From NCBI GenBank assembly GCA_002010065.2, contig MTMD02000007.1, positions 1-64,000 on the forward strand: a stretch of 64,000 nt of DNA, read 5' to 3'. Numbering within the stretch: the stretch's first letter is position 1; each line of letters begins with the position of its first letter. The DNA is from Candidatus Pyrohabitans jungbluthii. Lineage in GTDB: Archaea; Hydrothermarchaeota; Hydrothermarchaeia; Hydrothermarchaeales; BMS3B. Under the pieces are notes generated by a model. The model was given only the letters and a program-made list of their open reading frames with translations, did no database searches and was not told the origin of the DNA. Positions 17,601 to 27,068 of this stretch are shown here, piece by piece. The translations under genes were made by a program, and so were the position numbers.

Positions 17601-20439
17601 GAACCTGACGGTGAATGTCACCGCATTTGAATTTGATGGCTCACCTCACGAGCTTAATCAGAATGAGACGCGCTTAGCCGGCTTCTTCGACATAAAGCGC
17701 GGACGCCCGCTGAAACGCAACTATACCACAGTCTGCTCAGCAAATTCGTGCAACATCAGCATAGACCTCTCTGGCTTGGAGAGCGGCGAGTACGAGGCGA
17801 GGTTGAAGATCGTCGATACGAAAGGTGCTGAGAAGGAAACGGGCGTGTGGTTCATGGTGCGCAACCTGATAATAGCAGTGCCCAGCATCGAAGAAGCATG
17901 GCTGTGGCAGAGCGATACCGCGAAGAAGGAGATAAGGCTGGACGAGTTCATAGACACAAATATATTTGGTGAACTTGTGCCACCACCGGGCAACCACTCC
18001 AGCAACTACTCGGGCTGCGTTGACAACATGATAGAAGACCCAGGATTCTTCTGGGAGCTGAACATTTCCCAGCGCCAGATGTGCTTCTTCCACAACACCA
18101 CCCACCTTTGGGTTAGCTTAAATGCGAACTTCTCCAACGCGAGCGGCTCCGCGCCGGTGGGTGGGATAATAACCGACCCGTATGGTGGCAAGTGGAAGGT
18201 GGATAACCTGAACAAGGAGAAGGTCACTCTGCGCGGCATCAATGTGCTCGCAAAGACGGGTGCATGGCTCAACGCCTCACTCTCCAAGAGCGGAATAATA
18301 AAGCTGGGCAGGATGGAGGAGCAGTGGCTGGGAGGCTGGGATCCCAGCACGGGAATGCCGCGTGGGCTCGACCTGAATGGCGATGGCTACACTAATGGCA
18401 CTGCCTACATAGCGATTGCAGACTCGGTCACAGCCGGAATCTACGACACCCTGTTCTTCTCCTTCGATGGCAACTTCACCAGCTACGGCTCCGTGAATGA
18501 CGCTCCTGCTCAGCGAACCTTCGCCAACGGCAAATTTACACTCCTCAGCATAGACCCGCGCGCCGACAGGGTGAGGATATACACCAGAAGCAAGGGCGAC
18601 TGGGCAGAGCTGGGTGACGTCCGTCTTGGCGATGTGGTAAACGTACCGGTGATGGTGACACAACCTGATGGCACTCCTGTGGAGGTGAACGTCACCATAA
18701 GGCATGTGAGGAAGGAGAGCCTCACGGGTCCGCCACAGTTCATAACCCTCTCTTCTCCTGAGACTACCAGCATAAATGGCACCGGCGAGGTGCAGTTCAA
18801 CCTAAGCAAGCACAACCTGGGTTCTGGCATATATGCCTTTGAGATAGAGGTGCAGGTTGGCGATACTGTGGAGATACTCGAGGAGTGGATGTGGCCTCGG
18901 GTAACTGTGCGCGCCTTCCTGGTGAGTAGTGACCAGGGCGCTGCCGCATACGTGGGCGAGTTCAAGCCTCTGCCAACCTACGCCTTCGACTGGAGAACCT
19001 ACGGAGGAGACATACCTCAGCTGTTTGAGGTGACAGGTGGGGTCAACTTCTCCATGGTGATGGACCATTTCTATGGCTTAGGATCTCCTTTGAGCGGTTG
19101 CACAGAGCCAAGTGATGCAGGAAGCGGTACCAACTACACCATAGAAAGCCAGTTCCTGAGAGACACCAACTCCGGCTACTACTACTATCTGACCACCGCC
19201 AACGCCAGCACGCTCTGGATAAAGAAGGGCAACTGCAACTTTACCAGCGGCGCTACCGTGAAGAGCGTGAATGAGTCCATAAACATAACCCTGAACGGCA
19301 GAACCTACATGATGAGTGTGCTCGCCGCTGACGCCAACGCGGGCGGTCAGGCGCTCGTGGTAATAGGCGTGAGGGAGGACAACCTCAATCCGAATATCCT
19401 CAACAATCCGCTGACGCAGGATGGCGGCAAGCGCTGGAACATTGTGTCCTTCAATATAGGCGGCACGACGTACAACGCAATCCTCGCGAATGCGAGCGTG
19501 GACTATCCAATGTGCGACATCTGGTGGATACCCGACTGCGCAAAGGCGGCATACTTCACCACCGATGGCAACTACTCCGCATCGCAAGAAACGCTGATAG
19601 GCGAGGAGATAATGCCGGGCAGCGAACTCTACCTCGCCAGGATAGGAGCTTCGCCATGGGACGGCATAGTTATTGCAAACTCGTCGCAGGTTGGAGTCAT
19701 GCCTGGACTCGACATAATCGTGGAAGACAACTACAATGCGACGTTCGCAGCGTTAAACGAGAGCCAGCTCAGTGTTGACCTGAACCTAGACAACGACACC
19801 AGCGATGTGTTCTACGCCGTAACCTTCGACGACTATCCGGATGGAACCGCCAAGGCGACCAGCATACTTGTAGACGATGACCTCAACATCACCCAGGACT
19901 GGTGGGGAGAGGGCTGGAATGGGTCCCTGATAATCAACCCCAAGGACTTCTACGGCAATGAGAGCGGAACCGCGGAGGTCAGGGGCAACATGCCCACCGC
20001 AATGTGGGGAGGTTCCCTAGGATTTGCACCCTGGAACGACTTCATGCCGTATGAGGAACAGCCGTGGTGGGACATAAAGATGTACAACGGCACCCACATG
20101 CTGCTGATGAAGAACAAGTGGTCCATCAAGCCAGAGGAAAACATGACCTTTGTAATCCGTGCATACGACTTCGATCAGAAGCCTATTGTGAGTGCAAACC
20201 TCACCGTTGATAAGGTTGTGATGTTCACACCTCTGGGTCCGAAAGTGCTGGAAGAGGGCACCCACTACGTCCTCAACAAAGTGCAGGATACCACAGATGC
20301 GAATGGCTATGGAATAATCACAATCGCTCCCAAAGACGGCACCTGGGAATACGGTGACTACATGGTGACCATCACCGTTACCAAGAGCGGAGGCAGCGAG
20401 AGGGTTGATATGTGGTTCCAGGTAGGAGGTGGGTGGTAA
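14608..20439 (+). CDS. Giant (1943 aa) secreted beta-rich surface protein, S-layer/adhesin candidate
   Basis: Signal peptide ending AVSA, tandem Ig-like modules, abundant N-x-S/T sequons, DLNGDG-type motifs, no C-terminal TM. Confidence 0.75.
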   Translation: MSSRKGVLSLITFGLVMTMLWGAVSAYHLTASTSKILYEKADSLVISGTVETSSSVTVYVEVYNSSDNLVESGNTTSVAAGNISTFSVSIPLANFSPGSYYALVYHTPGDSVRLEFDVVEKIVLFKIRLINSSDSVVMVNTSTVVTDAGYLGGNFSDFLAAGYEVHYGNRNVLEGGKLAHFVLVNESAPDVFDTVYVDDDPRFELYNSLEDNSSSPMVETPLKKGDSVGDYIVADIEFTSGNKVLLAKPRSSPIYTGGEKVYFMVVARDKVGNILSGESIKVDLRYSNGTIISSTSGVIQNGYFVGNFTAPDLAGTYLITVNNTLGMEVFSVEAFKLFGKITDINDNPTAVFAPNPVVKLTAIAKDLNGNLLTLNSAQARVVYPNGTQTTVQLSQTEQGLYSGELDLKGAPTGDYGVTFRGSYGSTTQEVSLGFTIAESRAELYAVNVEFLDQVDEGGIFVSAFHPQKDVTLLAILSDVTKGGLMASGPEGAGIIDIDDPSTSEDECNTSVELIELKDDREVSYLGNVTVQIMNLSNFMNYLAQSGVQPGDEGPPKEMLSQCMVVISNLSKQGAYRAKVRITHNSESSVAGTTFGVQELYAYGSTVDFKGEEFGFNTPNSTIRVKLHVQDLLTREFLPPESIISANIVSLRREFPSFQDVPVSDIATTVEVNGGVLSFKAPNMEGFFSMKFRFKANVSNKIKEGVGSAFFMLKKYIIWAEPQCTGGGFGPCVFSGKGNVSLKVYIADSSKGSLLDRGATSSALCSTCDGLAVKISMLRNDQLGKEIPSSEFTIYGGSVTNGTATLNISSTTGGLTSGWYGADIEVYNPADPNESYFGFGWFEVRNFFVEVMPVSVDKATGNLTASWGWEGNTYAVNQSIAFAVIPRDPFNWGILPIQNVTIASVQRVDMWPPVEANYKLVDISNKLVYIDMGGFKQGVNVTVVNITGIEKEGSYRVNVKVTTANGSDIGTMWFDVASFQVNVYYRGMYEWPPTFGSNENLTVNVTAFEFDGSPHELNQNETRLAGFFDIKRGRPLKRNYTTVCSANSCNISIDLSGLESGEYEARLKIVDTKGAEKETGVWFMVRNLIIAVPSIEEAWLWQSDTAKKEIRLDEFIDTNIFGELVPPPGNHSSNYSGCVDNMIEDPGFFWELNISQRQMCFFHNTTHLWVSLNANFSNASGSAPVGGIITDPYGGKWKVDNLNKEKVTLRGINVLAKTGAWLNASLSKSGIIKLGRMEEQWLGGWDPSTGMPRGLDLNGDGYTNGTAYIAIADSVTAGIYDTLFFSFDGNFTSYGSVNDAPAQRTFANGKFTLLSIDPRADRVRIYTRSKGDWAELGDVRLGDVVNVPVMVTQPDGTPVEVNVTIRHVRKESLTGPPQFITLSSPETTSINGTGEVQFNLSKHNLGSGIYAFEIEVQVGDTVEILEEWMWPRVTVRAFLVSSDQGAAAYVGEFKPLPTYAFDWRTYGGDIPQLFEVTGGVNFSMVMDHFYGLGSPLSGCTEPSDAGSGTNYTIESQFLRDTNSGYYYYLTTANASTLWIKKGNCNFTSGATVKSVNESINITLNGRTYMMSVLAADANAGGQALVVIGVREDNLNPNILNNPLTQDGGKRWNIVSFNIGGTTYNAILANASVDYPMCDIWWIPDCAKAAYFTTDGNYSASQETLIGEEIMPGSELYLARIGASPWDGIVIANSSQVGVMPGLDIIVEDNYNATFAALNESQLSVDLNLDNDTSDVFYAVTFDDYPDGTAKATSILVDDDLNITQDWWGEGWNGSLIINPKDFYGNESGTAEVRGNMPTAMWGGSLGFAPWNDFMPYEEQPWWDIKMYNGTHMLLMKNKWSIKPEENMTFVIRAYDFDQKPIVSANLTVDKVVMFTPLGPKVLEEGTHYVLNKVQDTTDANGYGIITIAPKDGTWEYGDYMVTITVTKSGGSERVDMWFQVGGGW

Positions 20440-20441
20440 AG

Positions 20442-21893
20442 ATGAGGCTTATAACATTTGCAGCGCTCCTGCTGGCGATTCTCACCATTCCCGGTGTATA
20501 CGCGGCTACTGTTACGGTGTCCCAGTCAGGTGCAGACCCGGGAACAGTGATGAAGGGGAGGTACTTCACAATTACCGTTTCCGGTTTGAGCGGTAGCGGC
20601 ACAGTCTCCTTGATAAACCTGCCCTCCGGTATAAGCGTGGAGGAGGGCACCACAAAGTCCTTCAGCTCAGGCACGAGTAGTGTTTCGTGGACCACCGCAA
20701 TAGCAAGCCAGACACTCACCGGGCAGAAGATACAGGTTAGCATAAGCACCACGGGTTCGCCCACAACCGCTGAGTCGGATGCCTTCGACATAGTGCTTCC
20801 CCCTTCGCTGGAGGCGAGCGTTACTCCCACTTCTTTCTCAGATCCAAGCGGTGATAAGAGCCTGCAGCTAACCATAAAGAACTGGGGCGAAACCACAGCT
20901 CGAGACGTGGTGGTGGCAATCTCACTGCCCTCGGGGGTGACCATTAAATCTGGAAGCGCAAGTCAGGTAATCTCAACGATACTCGGCGGCACAGGTGGAA
21001 GCGGTGAGAGCAAGGGCGTATCCTGGACTCTCAGCTTCAGCAGCAGCGTTACCAACAGCAGCATAAACATCTCCATAACGCCGTCAAATGCCGATGCCAA
21101 GAGTGTCAGCATACCTATAACTGTTACCACAACTACGACAATTACAACCCCAACAACTACTACAGGAGGAGGCGGTCCATCTGAGAAACCGAACATTAAG
21201 GAAATACCAAAGCTACTCACCGGCAAGTCCTACCTTGTGGTATTCGATGAGAAGTACGTGCCAGACATTGCAAGCATAGAGATATTCGCATCCCGAGACC
21301 AGTTTTACACCACTATTTCGGTTGACACGTATCAAGAGAAACCAAACTGGGTGGTATTCGACGACGCCCCGGGCAAAATCTACCGCTACTTCAGGATAAA
21401 GTACAGCAAGCCCAACACCTACATCGAAAAGGCTAAGATAGCCTTCAAATTAAACATCACCTGGCTCAAGGTTAACGACATAGACCCCTCGACGGTGGTC
21501 ATGTACCGCCTCAGCGACACCAAAGAGTGGGAGAAGCTTCCAACCACGCCGGAGAAGGCTGAAGGCGGTTATATATACTACACCGCAGAGACTCCAGGCT
21601 TCAGCTGGTTTGCGGTGTCAGCGCAGGAGAAGAGTGGCTTCAGGGACATATTCGCAGAGGCGGACGGTGTCAAACCCGAGCCAACGCCAGCGCCCACACC
21701 TGAGCCCGAGGAGAAGCCCGTTGTGACGCTTCCGCCGGTAGAGACCAAGCCGCCTGTGACAACGCCGAAGCCCAAGCCCACGCCAAAGGTGGAAGAGAAG
21801 AAGCCAGAGAAAAAGGGTATCTGCGGTCCCACTCTGGTTGCGGTTATAGCGGCACTTCCTGTGTTTCTGGGGAGGGGAAGGTTAAGAAATTAG
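20442..21893 (+). CDS. Cell-surface protein with PGF-pre-PGF domain, Pro/Thr stalk and CGP-CTERM anchor
   Basis: Signal peptide; Thr run; AETPGFSWFAV; PTP/PKP linker; KKGICGP followed by TM and basic tail. Confidence 0.85.
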   Translation: MRLITFAALLLAILTIPGVYAATVTVSQSGADPGTVMKGRYFTITVSGLSGSGTVSLINLPSGISVEEGTTKSFSSGTSSVSWTTAIASQTLTGQKIQVSISTTGSPTTAESDAFDIVLPPSLEASVTPTSFSDPSGDKSLQLTIKNWGETTARDVVVAISLPSGVTIKSGSASQVISTILGGTGGSGESKGVSWTLSFSSSVTNSSINISITPSNADAKSVSIPITVTTTTTITTPTTTTGGGGPSEKPNIKEIPKLLTGKSYLVVFDEKYVPDIASIEIFASRDQFYTTISVDTYQEKPNWVVFDDAPGKIYRYFRIKYSKPNTYIEKAKIAFKLNITWLKVNDIDPSTVVMYRLSDTKEWEKLPTTPEKAEGGYIYYTAETPGFSWFAVSAQEKSGFRDIFAEADGVKPEPTPAPTPEPEEKPVVTLPPVETKPPVTTPKPKPTPKVEEKKPEKKGICGPTLVAVIAALPVFLGRGRLRN

Positions 21894-21924
21894 GCCGCCC
21901 GCCCCCTTCCCATTTTTCAGGTAT

Positions 21925-23070
21925 CTAAGTTTTCTCCTCACCCAGCCAAACCACCTTCGCCTTACTCGCCATCTCCTCTGCAAGCGCGTCAACATTAAGC
22001 CCTGCCTCAGCTTTTTCTGCCCTCTCTACCGTCGCCTTTGTCACAGGCTTTAGAGGAGGACCCAGGCAGCAGTTGGCAGGGCGAATTGAAATTTCGTAGG
22101 TGCCTATTTTCTTAGCCAGAGAGATTATCTCATCCTTATCCATTCCTATCAGGGGGCGCAGCACTGGCATGGTAGCAGCCCTGGAAATCGACGCGAGGTT
22201 GGCAAGCGTCTGCGATGCCACCTGTCCAAGGCTCTCACCGGTTACCAGAGCCAGAGCCTTCTCCTGCCTTGCTACCTTCTCCGCCACACGGTACATCATG
22301 CGCTTGCACAGCACACAACCCATGCGGTAGTCTTCCACCTTCAAAAGCTGGATGAGCACGTCGCCGTAGGGTACGAGGTATGTCTTTATCGGCTCCCCCA
22401 CCCAGGTGGAAAGAGCCTTAATTGAGTCAACCGCTCGCCTTGGGGTGCGCTCATCCACGAGAGGCGTGGGGTCCATGAACAGAGCTACCACTTCAGCGCC
22501 GCGGCGCATCATCAGCCAGGCAGCGACAGGTGAATCAATACCCCCGCTAACCAGCGCGAGCACTTTACCCTGGGTCGCGTACGGTAAGCCGCCCACTCCA
22601 GCGATTACCTCGTCGAAGAGGTAGGCACGGTCGCCGCGAATTTCGATGAAAATCTCCTTCTCCGGTGCCTTGAGGTCCACCTTAGCGCCAGTCGCCTCAA
22701 CTATCTGCCTGCCGAGCTCCCTTGCCACGTCGATGCTCCTGTATGCGTGCTTCCCTTCCCTGCGCACGCGAAGGGCGAAGGTGTCTTCGCTTGAGATTCG
22801 CCTCAGCGCGTACTCCACCCCTGCCTTCATCAGCTCATCAAAATCTGCGCTCGCTACCTCAGCGAGAGAGGTTGAAGCCACGCCAAAGACGCGACTCGCC
22901 TTTACCGCGTCTTCGCGAGAGTCTGAGTGGATGAAGATTCGTCCCCACTCCCGGGTTATCTTCACCTCGCCGAGCACGCGCTTCAGATGAGCAATAAGGG
23001 CGCGCTCCATCTCCATGCGCACAGGCTTCGATTTTAACCCTATCTCGCTGTACCTGACTATTATCACCAT
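21925..23070 (-). CDS. thiI: tRNA 4-thiouridine synthase (THUMP + PP-loop, CxxC...C Fe-S type)
   Basis: RYSEIGLKS, SGGIDS, CVLCKRMM, TGESLGQVASQT, NCC. Confidence 0.95.
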   Translation of the reverse strand: MVIIVRYSEIGLKSKPVRMEMERALIAHLKRVLGEVKITREWGRIFIHSDSREDAVKASRVFGVASTSLAEVASADFDELMKAGVEYALRRISSEDTFALRVRREGKHAYRSIDVARELGRQIVEATGAKVDLKAPEKEIFIEIRGDRAYLFDEVIAGVGGLPYATQGKVLALVSGGIDSPVAAWLMMRRGAEVVALFMDPTPLVDERTPRRAVDSIKALSTWVGEPIKTYLVPYGDVLIQLLKVEDYRMGCVLCKRMMYRVAEKVARQEKALALVTGESLGQVASQTLANLASISRAATMPVLRPLIGMDKDEIISLAKKIGTYEISIRPANCCLGPPLKPVTKATVERAEKAEAGLNVDALAEEMASKAKVVWLGEEKT

Positions 23071-23115
23071 AACCCCAGCCGAAAGCTCAACGTTTATAAA
23101 ATATGCTCCTCGCAG

Positions 23116-23703
23116 CTATCGCTCTTCCTTTGTTGCAAGTGCAACCTGCCGCTTGTAGCTTTTTAAGCATATTGGACAGCAGAAGTAGCGCTCCACATTT
23201 CTAAACTTGTACACATGGGGCTTGGAGATTGCGCTTCCGCAGTACTCGCATGTAAGCTCAGCTTTAATCATCTCCACAGGGGGCTCGCTCTCTTTCAGAA
23301 CCCCAGTCACCACTTCCGCCTCTAGTGACTCTGCCACGCCGCGAAGTGTGTTGACAAGCCTGCCCACGTCGTCGATGTCCTTAACCAGAGCCTTGCAGAA
23401 TAAGTTCTTCTCTCCGGTTAGGGAGTAAACCTCCACCACCTCAGGCAGATCCCTGAGAAGCTCAACCGCCTCCTCGCCTGCCTTCATCCTCAACAAAACA
23501 ACCACAGGCTTCTCCAGCGCATCCCTGCTTATCTCCACAGTAAATCTGCTTATCACCCCGCTCTCCTTCAGCTTGTCTATCCTCGCCTTTACCGTGGGTC
23601 TACTGAGCCTTAGAAGCTTTGCAATCTCAGCCACAGGCATGCGCGCATCTTCCTGAAGCAGGCGGAGTATCTTCACATCGATAGCATCGAGTTTCAAAAC
23701 CAT
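23116..23703 (-). CDS. copR: Lrp/AsnC regulator with C-terminal TRASH domain (CopR/CopT-like copper regulator)
   Basis: Lrp HTH plus CEYCG...YFCCPIC; located in the copper locus. Confidence 0.85.
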   Translation of the reverse strand: MVLKLDAIDVKILRLLQEDARMPVAEIAKLLRLSRPTVKARIDKLKESGVISRFTVEISRDALEKPVVVLLRMKAGEEAVELLRDLPEVVEVYSLTGEKNLFCKALVKDIDDVGRLVNTLRGVAESLEAEVVTGVLKESEPPVEMIKAELTCEYCGSAISKPHVYKFRNVERYFCCPICLKSYKRQVALATKEER

Positions 23704-23747
23704 CACCCTTTACATTATCAAATTTAAAAATCACAAGATAAATTAAT

Positions 23748-23762
23748 TTTACAAAATGAAAA
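23748..23762 (+). promoter_or_regulatory. CopR box TTTACAAAATGAAAA just upstream of BRE/TATA of the YHS gene
   Basis: Fits TTNNCAWWWTGNNAA, the Pyrococcus CopR motif as recalled. Confidence 0.65.
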
Positions 23763-23809
23763 CAAAAAAGTATATCTGTTTTGCCATAGATTGTTATGCG
23801 GTGGTAAAC

Positions 23810-23974
23810 ATGGCAATAGACCCTGTGTGTAAAATGGAAGTGGACGAGGCGAGCGCGAAGTGGAAGACCGAGTACAAGGGAAAGACATACTACTTCTGCG
23901 CTCCCGGATGCAAGACCGCATTCGAATCTGACCCAGAGAAGTACCTGAGTGGTGGCGGCGAGCCCCACCACTAG
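23810..23974 (+). CDS. YHS/TRASH-domain copper chaperone (CopM-like)
   Basis: MAIDPVCKMEV...YYFCAPGCKTAF. Confidence 0.9.
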   Translation: MAIDPVCKMEVDEASAKWKTEYKGKTYYFCAPGCKTAFESDPEKYLSGGGEPHH

Positions 23975-23985
23975 TCTTTTATTTT

Positions 23986-24309
23986 TTACACAAGCTTCTC
24001 TATCGCCTCTATGAACTCCTCCCGTGAGGGAAGCGCGTCTAGCCTCTCAACTTCTTTACCAGCCTTGAAAAATACAAAAGTGGGGACGCTGGTAATTTTG
24101 GATCTCTCCACGAGCGCTGGATTCTCCTCCACATTTACGCGGAAGAAGTTGATTTTCCCGGCGTACTCCCTTGCAATCTCCTCAGCGAGGGGCTCAATCT
24201 TCTTGCACGGCGGGCAGGTAGGCAGAGAGAACCATACCATCGCAGGCTTAGCTGAGCGGAGCACCGCTTCGTCGAACTCTTCCTTGCGTATGAATCTGAA
24301 CATGCTCAT
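23986..24309 (-). CDS. Thioredoxin
   Basis: WFSLPTCPPCK, ITSVPTFVFFK. Confidence 0.9.
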   Translation of the reverse strand: MSMFRFIRKEEFDEAVLRSAKPAMVWFSLPTCPPCKKIEPLAEEIAREYAGKINFFRVNVEENPALVERSKITSVPTFVFFKAGKEVERLDALPSREEFIEAIEKLV

Positions 24310-24340
24310 GCTCTCAGCCTCTTGGTACGGATGGGTTTAT

Positions 24341-24412
24341 AACCGCCACTCAGCTTACGCTGAGTAGCTGGGCGGGGTTACCCGTCTCACGCGTTAGCGT
24401 GATAAGGTGACG
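24341..24412. other. Pair of bulged stem-loops between copA and the thioredoxin gene
   Basis: CCGCC-ACTCAGC-TTAC-GCTGAGT-AGCTG-GGCGG and CGTC-TCACGC-GTTA-GCGTGA-TAAGGT-GACG. Confidence 0.5.
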
Positions 24413-24424
24413 AAGAAGGCGCCC

Positions 24425-26878
24425 TTATTTTGCAACCCTCTTAATCTCTGGCACGTAGTTCTTCATCAGCAGGGAGTTGCTAACCACCGAAACGGAGCTC
24501 AGCGCCATCGCCGCAGCCGCCCACTCCGGACGGAAGACTATGCCGAAAAGAATGTAGCCCAGACCAGCGGCGAAGGGGATGAGTATGCTGTTGTAAAACA
24601 GCGCCCAGAATATATTCTGCTTTATCTTGTTCAGTGTCTTCTCGCTAAGCTGAATCGCGGCAACGACGTCGCGCAGGTCGTCTTTAATGAGCACTATCTC
24701 ACCGCTCTCTATGGCAACGTCAGTACCCGAGCCTATGGCTATGCCCACATCAGCCTGCGCAAGCGCGGGAGCGTCATTTATCCCGTCGCCCACGAAGGCT
24801 ACTACTTCTCCAGCCTGCTGGAGGCGTTTAACCTCATTGGCCTTGTCCTGGGGCAAAACCTCAGCCATAACCACATCGATACCCAGCTTCTTTGCTATAG
24901 CCTCTGCCGTACGCCGATTATCGCCAGTGATCATCGCCACCTTCTTGCCCATGCGATGGAGGTATTCAATCGTTTCGAGGGCGTGCTCCTTTATCTTATC
25001 TGCCACTGCGATTATGCCTGCTAACGTGCCGTCAATCGCAGCCAGCATCGCTGTCTTTGCCTCGCCCTCAAGCTTTTGGAGCTGCTCTTCTACCTCGGCG
25101 CTAATATCTACCCCGTGCTCCTTCATCAGCGTGCGATTGCCTATAAGCACCTCTCTGCCAGCGACCTTCGCCACGACTCCCTTTCCTGTTATAACCTCAA
25201 ACTTCTCAGCCTCGAGAAGCTCCACATTCGCTTCTTTGGCATAGTTTACAATAGCCTGAGCAAGGGGATGCTCCGAGTTCTTCTCTGCACTTGCGACTAT
25301 GCTCAAAAACTCCTTCTCGGGCATGCCGAAGGTTAGCACGTCGGTAACCTCTGGCTTGCCCTTCGTGAGTGTGCCCGTCTTGTCGAAGATTACAGTGGTA
25401 ACCTTTCTTGCCAGCTCCAGCGCTTCGCCATTGCGTATGAGTATGCCCTGCTCCGCTCCGCGTCCCATGCCGACGGTTAAAGCGGTCGGCGTCGCTAAGC
25501 CAAAGGCGCAGGGGCACGCGATTACCAGCACTGAAATGAGAGATATAAAGGCGAATAGCTCAGGTGGCATTATGCTTACGTTTCCAAAGAACCGCCAGTA
25601 TATGTAGGAGGCTATGGCTATTGTAAGCACCACCGGTATGAAATAAGCGACGATTTTGTCGGCAAGGTGCTGTATTGGGGGCTTGCTCGCCTGCGCCTCT
25701 TCCACCATCTTTATAATCTGCGCCAGAAGCGTGTCCTTGCCCACCTTTGTTGCCCTAAATTTGAGCACACCGTTCTGGTTGAGCGTTGCACCCACCACCT
25801 CGTCTCCGGGTTTTTTCAGGTTGGGGATGGGCTCGCCGGTTATCATGGACTCGTCCACGTAGCTCTCTCCCTCTATCACCACGCCGTCGACGGGTATCTT
25901 CTCCCCTGGTTTCACCACCACGAGGTCGCCAACCTCTACCTCTTCAACCGGCACCTGCATCTCCTTTCCGTCTCTAATCACCGTTGCCGTCTTCGCTTGC
26001 AGGCCTATAAGCTTCTTTATCGCCTCGCTTGTCCTACCCTTCGCTATTGTCTCAAGAAGCCTGCCCAGCATAAGGAAGCTTGCGAGGAGTACCGCCGCCT
26101 CGTAGAAAACATAACCGCTGGGGAGAAAGCCAAAGGTGGCAAATAAGCTGGATATGTAGGCAGCACCTATACCCATGGCATACATCACATCCATATTTAG
26201 TGTGCCATGGGTTAGTGAGCGATAAGCAGCTACGAATATAGGCTTTGCCACATAGTACATCACCGGCGTGGCAATTATGAACTGAAGCCAGAGAAGGTTG
26301 GGAATTTTATCAAGAGGCAGGCCCAAAAGGTCGCCATAGATAAGCAACAGCAGCACCGCACCCGCGCCGAAGCCTACGAAAACGCGCCTCTTGAGCTCCG
26401 CTATGTACTTTTCTCTGGCCTCGCGCTCAGTGTCACGGGTTTCCTCCTCGGCTAAACCGAGGTATTTGTAGCCCGTCTCCTCTATCGCGTGCCTTATGTC
26501 CTCAAGACTTAGTAAGCCGGCATCGTAGACAACGCGTGCGCTTTCTGTGCCTAGGTTGACGCTCACCTCTTTAACGCCCTCAAGCTTCTTGAGCGCCTTC
26601 TCTATCGTGGCGACGCACATGGCGCAGGTCATGCCGCCTATCCTTATAATCGCCTCCTTTGTCTCCCTCACCACTCCGTAACCAGTGTCCTCTATCGCCT
26701 TGATTATCTGCTCCAGGGACACCTTCTCAGGGTCATACTTAACCGTCGCGGTCTCTGTGCCAAGGTTCACCGCCGCCTCCTCAACGCCCTCGAGCTTCTT
26801 GAGCGCCTTCTCTATCGTGGCAACGCACATGGCGCAGGTCATGCCCGTGACCTTTATACTAGCCTCCTTAGTAGCCAT
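24425..26878 (-). CDS. copA: Cu(I)-exporting P1B-1 ATPase with two HMA domains
   Basis: 2x GMTCAMC, TGE, CPC, DKTGT, SEHP, GDGIND, YN and MALSS. Confidence 0.96.
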   Translation of the reverse strand: MATKEASIKVTGMTCAMCVATIEKALKKLEGVEEAAVNLGTETATVKYDPEKVSLEQIIKAIEDTGYGVVRETKEAIIRIGGMTCAMCVATIEKALKKLEGVKEVSVNLGTESARVVYDAGLLSLEDIRHAIEETGYKYLGLAEEETRDTEREAREKYIAELKRRVFVGFGAGAVLLLLIYGDLLGLPLDKIPNLLWLQFIIATPVMYYVAKPIFVAAYRSLTHGTLNMDVMYAMGIGAAYISSLFATFGFLPSGYVFYEAAVLLASFLMLGRLLETIAKGRTSEAIKKLIGLQAKTATVIRDGKEMQVPVEEVEVGDLVVVKPGEKIPVDGVVIEGESYVDESMITGEPIPNLKKPGDEVVGATLNQNGVLKFRATKVGKDTLLAQIIKMVEEAQASKPPIQHLADKIVAYFIPVVLTIAIASYIYWRFFGNVSIMPPELFAFISLISVLVIACPCAFGLATPTALTVGMGRGAEQGILIRNGEALELARKVTTVIFDKTGTLTKGKPEVTDVLTFGMPEKEFLSIVASAEKNSEHPLAQAIVNYAKEANVELLEAEKFEVITGKGVVAKVAGREVLIGNRTLMKEHGVDISAEVEEQLQKLEGEAKTAMLAAIDGTLAGIIAVADKIKEHALETIEYLHRMGKKVAMITGDNRRTAEAIAKKLGIDVVMAEVLPQDKANEVKRLQQAGEVVAFVGDGINDAPALAQADVGIAIGSGTDVAIESGEIVLIKDDLRDVVAAIQLSEKTLNKIKQNIFWALFYNSILIPFAAGLGYILFGIVFRPEWAAAAMALSSVSVVSNSLLMKNYVPEIKRVAK
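26573..26845. repeat. 63-nt near-identical direct repeat within the tandem HMA domains of copA
   Basis: 26573-26635 vs 26783-26845, 2 mismatches, 210-nt period. Confidence 0.85.
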
Positions 26879-27029
26879 CTTTTATCCTCCATTTTCCGCT
26901 GCGAAGCGCAGTTTCAATCTCCCATATCTGCGTGCGAGTGAGCCCATACTTCTGTATAATCTCATCTTCCTGCACAACCCCAGTGATAAGCTCCACCAGG
27001 TCGCGCAGCTTTAATGTAATTCTCACCAT
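26868..27029 (-). CDS. Small hypothetical protein (53 aa), first gene of the copA operon
   Basis: [53 protein letters not shown]; starts about 25 nt after the TATA and overlaps the copA start. Confidence 0.55.
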   Translation of the reverse strand: MVRITLKLRDLVELITGVVQEDEIIQKYGLTRTQIWEIETALRSGKWRIKDGY

Positions 27030-27068
27030 GAAAAAATATGGCGCAGCGTTCATAGATAAACCTTTTTG

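Noticed and set aside
21120-21165. ACN-rich low-complexity stretch as a DNA tandem repeat
   Set aside because: It encodes a Thr-rich linker with varied codons
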